52,623 nt of DNA from Octopus bimaculoides (Eukaryota). Shown here in pieces: positions 48,490 through 52,623 of the stretch. Position numbers and translations under genes: made by a program. Below the pieces are notes generated by a model, which was given only the letters and a program-made list of their open reading frames with translations, was not told where the DNA came from and searched no databases. Position 1 is the stretch's first letter, and the number at the start of each line of letters is the position of its first letter. The stretch is from positions 188,325,605-188,378,227 of the forward strand of contig NC_068981.1 in assembly GCF_001194135.2 (NCBI RefSeq). Reading direction: 5' to 3'.

Positions 48490-49700
48490 TAACATACCCA
48501 CTGTAAGTTAATCCATATCAATTGATGTTCGTATATGCCCCATGTCTTTGACCGCTGTAGGAGAGTGGAAACACAGGCGGGAACCTTCGTATGAAAGCTG
48601 AAATAAATAGGTTTTTCTTCTGAGCTTTCCAAAGTCATGTCTGAGGCGGTGAAAAATATTTTCGTCTTGAGTGCACCTTTCAGAATTTATACTGCCTGTA
48701 TATCTGAATTGTGAGGTTGTGGTTAGTTGATGTTGTACTTGTAGGGGAAAACAAAGGGCGGTGCAGTGTGCCATCAATAGATGGCTTCAATCATCTGGGA
48801 ATTGACTGTCAGATACATTCTTTTGTAAGCTGTTACAGCTGCTGATATGATGGCTTCTAAGACTTCCGGTGGGTGTTCTACTCTAGTACGCTCACCAGCA
48901 TACTCTAGCACAATTGTCAGTTCAAATCTTAGGTAAGTGAAGGCGTACAGCTTTCTAATGTTGTAAAGGTTCCTGTTAAGTCAAACATTTATAGGGATTT
49001 CCGTCTCCTTTTCCATTCTTCTGTGTAAAAGTATAGTTACACAAACGAGGAAAATATTAAGCAGTATAGGGACCAACACGCAACCATGTTTAACTTCTAT
49101 TGTTGCACTGAAAAACTAAGATATCAATTTTTTAAATAACTCGGGATATCATCCCTTTGTGAATATTGTTTAGAGGATTCCTGAAGGTATGCAGCTAAAT
49201 AGACTTTCTGATAACATCTCACACAAGATTCTTGTTCACTGTATCAAAAGACTTTTATCGATCCACAAATTAAATTAACAGGTTCTATGTTGTTCCCTGC
49301 ATTTCTCTCGATGTGTTCTTGCAACAAAAATCTTGTCTTCTTTGCCATCTTCTTTGTGTAACCCACACTGTAACTCTTATGTTATACTTAATCACACTGA
49401 TCGCAGCACAGTCTTTTAAACATAACCTTGACCAGGACTTTCCTAACAACTATTAGAATAGATTCGTCTTCTATGTAAATGATGGCGACGTCTGCTGCCT
49501 ATGAAGCCAAGATTAACTGATTCCATAGCTCAGTGCTGTAGCAATACAGCAATCTTACGCAGAAATAATTTCTCTTCAAGGCCTTCAAGGAGACATCTTG
49601 CTTTGTAATGTTTGGATGGCAACACTATCTTCACCCTAGGGTGGTGGTTCTTTATGAATGCCAATCTACAGGTTTACTTCAGATTAGCTTGTTCTTATCG
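48490..49700 (-). mobile_element. Degraded RTE (BovB-like) LINE RT fragment
   Basis: Minus-strand pieces: VRKVLVKVMFKRL; QCGLHKEDG; EKCREQH; KSFDTVNK; EVKHGCVLVPILLNIF; NIRKLYA; ORF 48508..48777 SQFRYTGSINSERCTQDENIFHRLRHDFGKLRRK; then STLL...KTWDIY. Confidence 0.75.
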
Positions 49701-49937
49701 TCTTCCTCTTATCACTTAGCTATTGGTAACTGATTTTTTTTTCGGTAAAGAAGTGTAGGATGGTTATTAAATTGAGGTTATGAAGCAATTCTCGGACCAT
49801 TAAAATGCTTATTGCCTCATAAAATTTGTGCAGCTTATACTTGTATACATGCATCTGAATTATTCTCTGCATTCATAATCCACCATTTATTCTCCAGAGT
49901 ACGAAGACTGGACTGGGCTTCGTTCCGAAGTATTTTT

Positions 49938-49941
<4 letters not shown>

Positions 49942-49984
<43 letters not shown>

Positions 49985-50011
49985 TATATTATATTATATT
50001 ATATTATATTT
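49942..50011. repeat. (TA)n followed by (TATTA)n
   Basis: Dinucleotide run grading into a pentanucleotide array. Confidence 0.9.
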
Positions 50012-50122
50012 AGGGTGTGTGGTTTGAAATTCTTCAGAGTTTCTCTTTTGGTCCTGTGCATAGGAGTCAGGACCTTGCCATTCCTGCTGGATTCCTCATC
50101 AAGTCAATACTGATGTTTCTTC

Positions 50123-50292
50123 AAGTCGGCGAGCTGGCAGAACCGTTAGCACGCCGGGCGAAATACTTAGCGGGTATTTCGTCTGTCTTTACGTTCTGAG
50201 TTCAAATTCCGCCGAAGTCGACTTTGCCTTTCATCCTTTCGGGGTCGATAACTTTTCTACTTTACACGTTGTGCCTAGAGTAGGAAAGAATG
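50123..50292 (+). mobile_element. Young SINE group C copy, internally shortened, 13-bp TSD
   Basis: GGCGAGCTGGCAGAACCGTTAGCACGCCGGGCGAAATACTTAGCGG...GAGTTCAAATTCCGCCGAAGTCGACTTTGCCTTTCATCCTTTCGGGGTCGATAA...TTGTGCCTAGAGTAGGAAAGAA. Direct repeat CTGATGTTTCTTC at 50110-50122 and 50293-50305. Confidence 0.92.
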
Positions 50293-50339
50293 CTGATGTT
50301 TCTTCGTCTTGGATTAGATGGCTTGGCAGCAGGTTTATA

Positions 50340-50938
50340 GGATCTTTTTTTAAAACGGGGGCCACATTTTTCATTAACGAAACACTTTGAAACTTGGAAC
50401 ACTGGTAGAATGTGTCATATGAAACATCTTTTTCTCTTAGCGATTTCTTTTTTTTTAAAGAAGACTAAGTTATTCCATGTTAAAGTTGTCGTATTTCTGT
50501 AATTTCAACCAATCACTGACGTCCATTCAGCCGATATACATTAAGTGCCGACTACATAAACAAACGATTCTGAAACAATTCTATCGGTGATAGGGTTAGG
50601 GTTAGGGTAAAACAGCAAATTTAAAAAGAAAAAAGCAAATAAAACGAAGAAAAAAAAGGAAAATGAAAAAAGCAAATTTAAAATGAAAAAAGCAAATAAA
50701 ACGAAGCTATGGCTTAATCAGCCAAAGGAGTAAATGTAAACAACTGAATACTTGTCAGTGATTGGTTGAAATTATCGAAATAAGACAATTTTTTACATGA
50801 AATAAATTCGAATACAAAAATATTTTTCTGTTCTATAACACAAAATAGATAAGTATACGAAGTTTGAAAGTCTTTCGGTACCAAAAATACTACGTAAAAC
50901 ATTAATGAAAAATGTGGCCCCCGTTTTAAAAAAGATCC
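50340..50938. mobile_element. MITE copy 2 (599 bp), same family as 13204-13746
   Basis: Same TIRs (one extra T on the left). TSD GGTTTATA at 50332-50339 and 50939-50946. TTAGGG repeats at 50591-50608 and a 57-bp A-rich internal duplication at 50650-50706. Confidence 0.95.
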
Positions 50939-51369
50939 GGTTTATATAATTTAGAGCTTAAAAATAAATTTTTGTTATTCATAACAGCATCAGGGGCAAC
51001 AAATGCTGTCACAGAAAGGCAAGATAGTTGACAGGCACGCATGTAAGATAGTATGTTTGGGGGTATCTGTGTGTCTGTGGACACACAGAGGGGCCTAGTA
51101 AAGTCGGTGGTGAGGCACATGATAATACTCCCACAAGGCTGTTTCCACCTTCGCCATATAAGCCACCCAGCGATAAACTGTAGGTAAAACGATAGGCTAC
51201 AAACACTTTTGCACTAAACATATCAAATCTCCCACTCTCTCCTACGCACACGCGCGCAAACTGGATACGTTCAAGAAGATAGTCGAAAACAATCTGTTAG
51301 ATATATTAGAATTTTTATGTTATTTGTAGGACTGTTATTAAATATTTTAAATATGGGTGGTATATATAT

Positions 51370-51990
51370 TTATGTATTTATGGGTTTCAGCCAAGTGGCT
51401 GTGGTCATGCTGGTGCACCACGGTGATTTTCCGTCTTTATGCTGTGCTCTCTTCACGTTCCTTGCATGGCTCTTCTCCACCACCTGATATGGTCCAATCA
51501 AGAGTTTTGATGGCACATCTGGTGTATAAGAGAATTTGACATCGCTACCCTAAACTGCGTCTCATTACGAGCCATTGGTTCGTCTGGTATCGTGGAGAGG
51601 AAAGCGTCAAGTTTTGTCTTGAAGACCTCCGCATCCATGTCTTGCATGTCTCTCAAATGTTTTGGCAGGGCATTGAAGAGCTGAGGTCCTCTGAAACCGA
51701 GGCTGCTGCAGTATCTCGTTCTTATGTGAGATGCAGTGGACGGCACCTTTGGCACCATGCAGTGGCGACCCGTGCGGGCATTCCTGTAGTACTTGATGCC
51801 AAAGTTTGGCACCAGTCCTTGCAGTATTTTCCATATGTATATCATTACATATCTCTCCCGCCTGCGCTCCAGGGAGTAGAAACCTAGTGCCTTCAGTCGC
51901 TCCCTGTAGTTCATCTGTTGGACTGTGGAGATCTTTTTTGTATAGCGCCGCTGAATTGCCTCGAGTTCTGCTGTCCGCTTAACACTGTAT
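51370..51990 (-). mobile_element. 5'-truncated CR1-clade LINE 3' end (ORF2 C-terminus and 3' UTR), relatively intact
   Basis: Open frame SVKRTAELEAIQRRYTKKISTVQQMNYRERLKALGFYSLERRRERYVMIYIWKIL...SLGFRGPQLFNALPKHLRD...FKTKLDAFLSTIPDEP, with the CR1-type LEAIQR, YRERL..L..YSLERRR, FN.LP and FK..LD motifs. The 3' UTR ends GCTGAAACCCATAAATACATAAATA. Confidence 0.92.
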
Positions 51991-52169
51991 ACTTTTATTC
52001 ATTGAGTGCTTTACCGGTTTGTTGGATTGCTGGGGGAGTTTAGTCGAAGATGGTGATTCAAGTAATTATTTCTAAATTTGGGAACTGTTCAGACTGTGTA
52101 GTTGTCGATCCCCGGTGTTACAGTACATGAAAGATCATTGGGTTTAAGCGTAAATAAACACCTTTACCC

Positions 52170-52318
52170 ACAAAGCTTATATATATATATGTGTGTGTAT
52201 GTATATGTGTATGTGTATGTATATATTTGTATGTATGTATATATGTATGTATATATATATATGTATGTATGTATGTATGTATATATATGTATATATATAT
52301 ATATGTATGTATGTATGT
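52170..52318. repeat. Compound (TA)/(TG)/(TATG) microsatellite
   Basis: Low-complexity array that explains most of ORF 52102..52467. Confidence 0.95.
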
Positions 52319-52623
52319 CTGCTAAATACTATAAGACAAAAATGAGACAGTATTTGTGTGAACCAATATATGTATATCGTGATTATTATTTACTCTATAC
52401 GATGAGTCTAATCGCCTCCTCGTACTTAATCCTTCGATATATCATGGCGTCTGCTGTGGCTTTTTAAAGCCAAACAATGGTTTGAAAAGACACACAAACG
52501 AATTGCATATATGATTTGGCCCGGCAATCTTTATAGATCTTAAAATATCTTTTGAGGCCGACATTACATATGCAGACCTTATGGCACCGATGGCATTAAC
52601 ACATGTGCATATATATATATATA

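Noticed and set aside
1-52623. CRISPR arrays, operons or other prokaryotic-type systems
   Set aside because: No regularly spaced repeat-spacer structure and no gene-dense coding DNA; the sequence is eukaryotic repeat-rich DNA.

Overview
AT-rich, microsatellite-dense animal genomic DNA from a gapped scaffold with seven N-gaps (731-820, 2693-2702, 17494-17578, 25123-25434, 34500-34783, 37482-37695, 39360-39453). The repeat content resembles what I recall from coleoid cephalopods, most likely Octopus; that is recognition, not a database result. I found no supportable host protein-coding gene or structural RNA gene. Nearly all listed ORFs are microsatellite read-throughs, N-runs, antisense shadows or transposon remnants, so the window looks intronic or intergenic. 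It holds many mobile elements: three groups of tRNA-derived SINEs; fragments of CR1, L2/Crack-like, two RTE-type, two R4/Dong-like and one Penelope-like retroelement; a decayed DD37D (maT) mariner; an internally deleted IR/DR Tc1; a 414-bp foldback MITE; and a probable non-autonomous Helitron. Two observations stand out. (1) A very young MITE is present twice, with 37-bp TIRs, GG...CC ends, two different 8-bp TSDs (Merlin-like), internal TTAGGG repeats and a ~25-bp segment inverted between the copies. (2) A CR1 LINE 3' tail is shared with one SINE family, with three covarying base pairs in two stem-loops, pointing to a LINE-SINE partnership. I found no novel multi-gene system. Boundaries of degraded elements are approximate.
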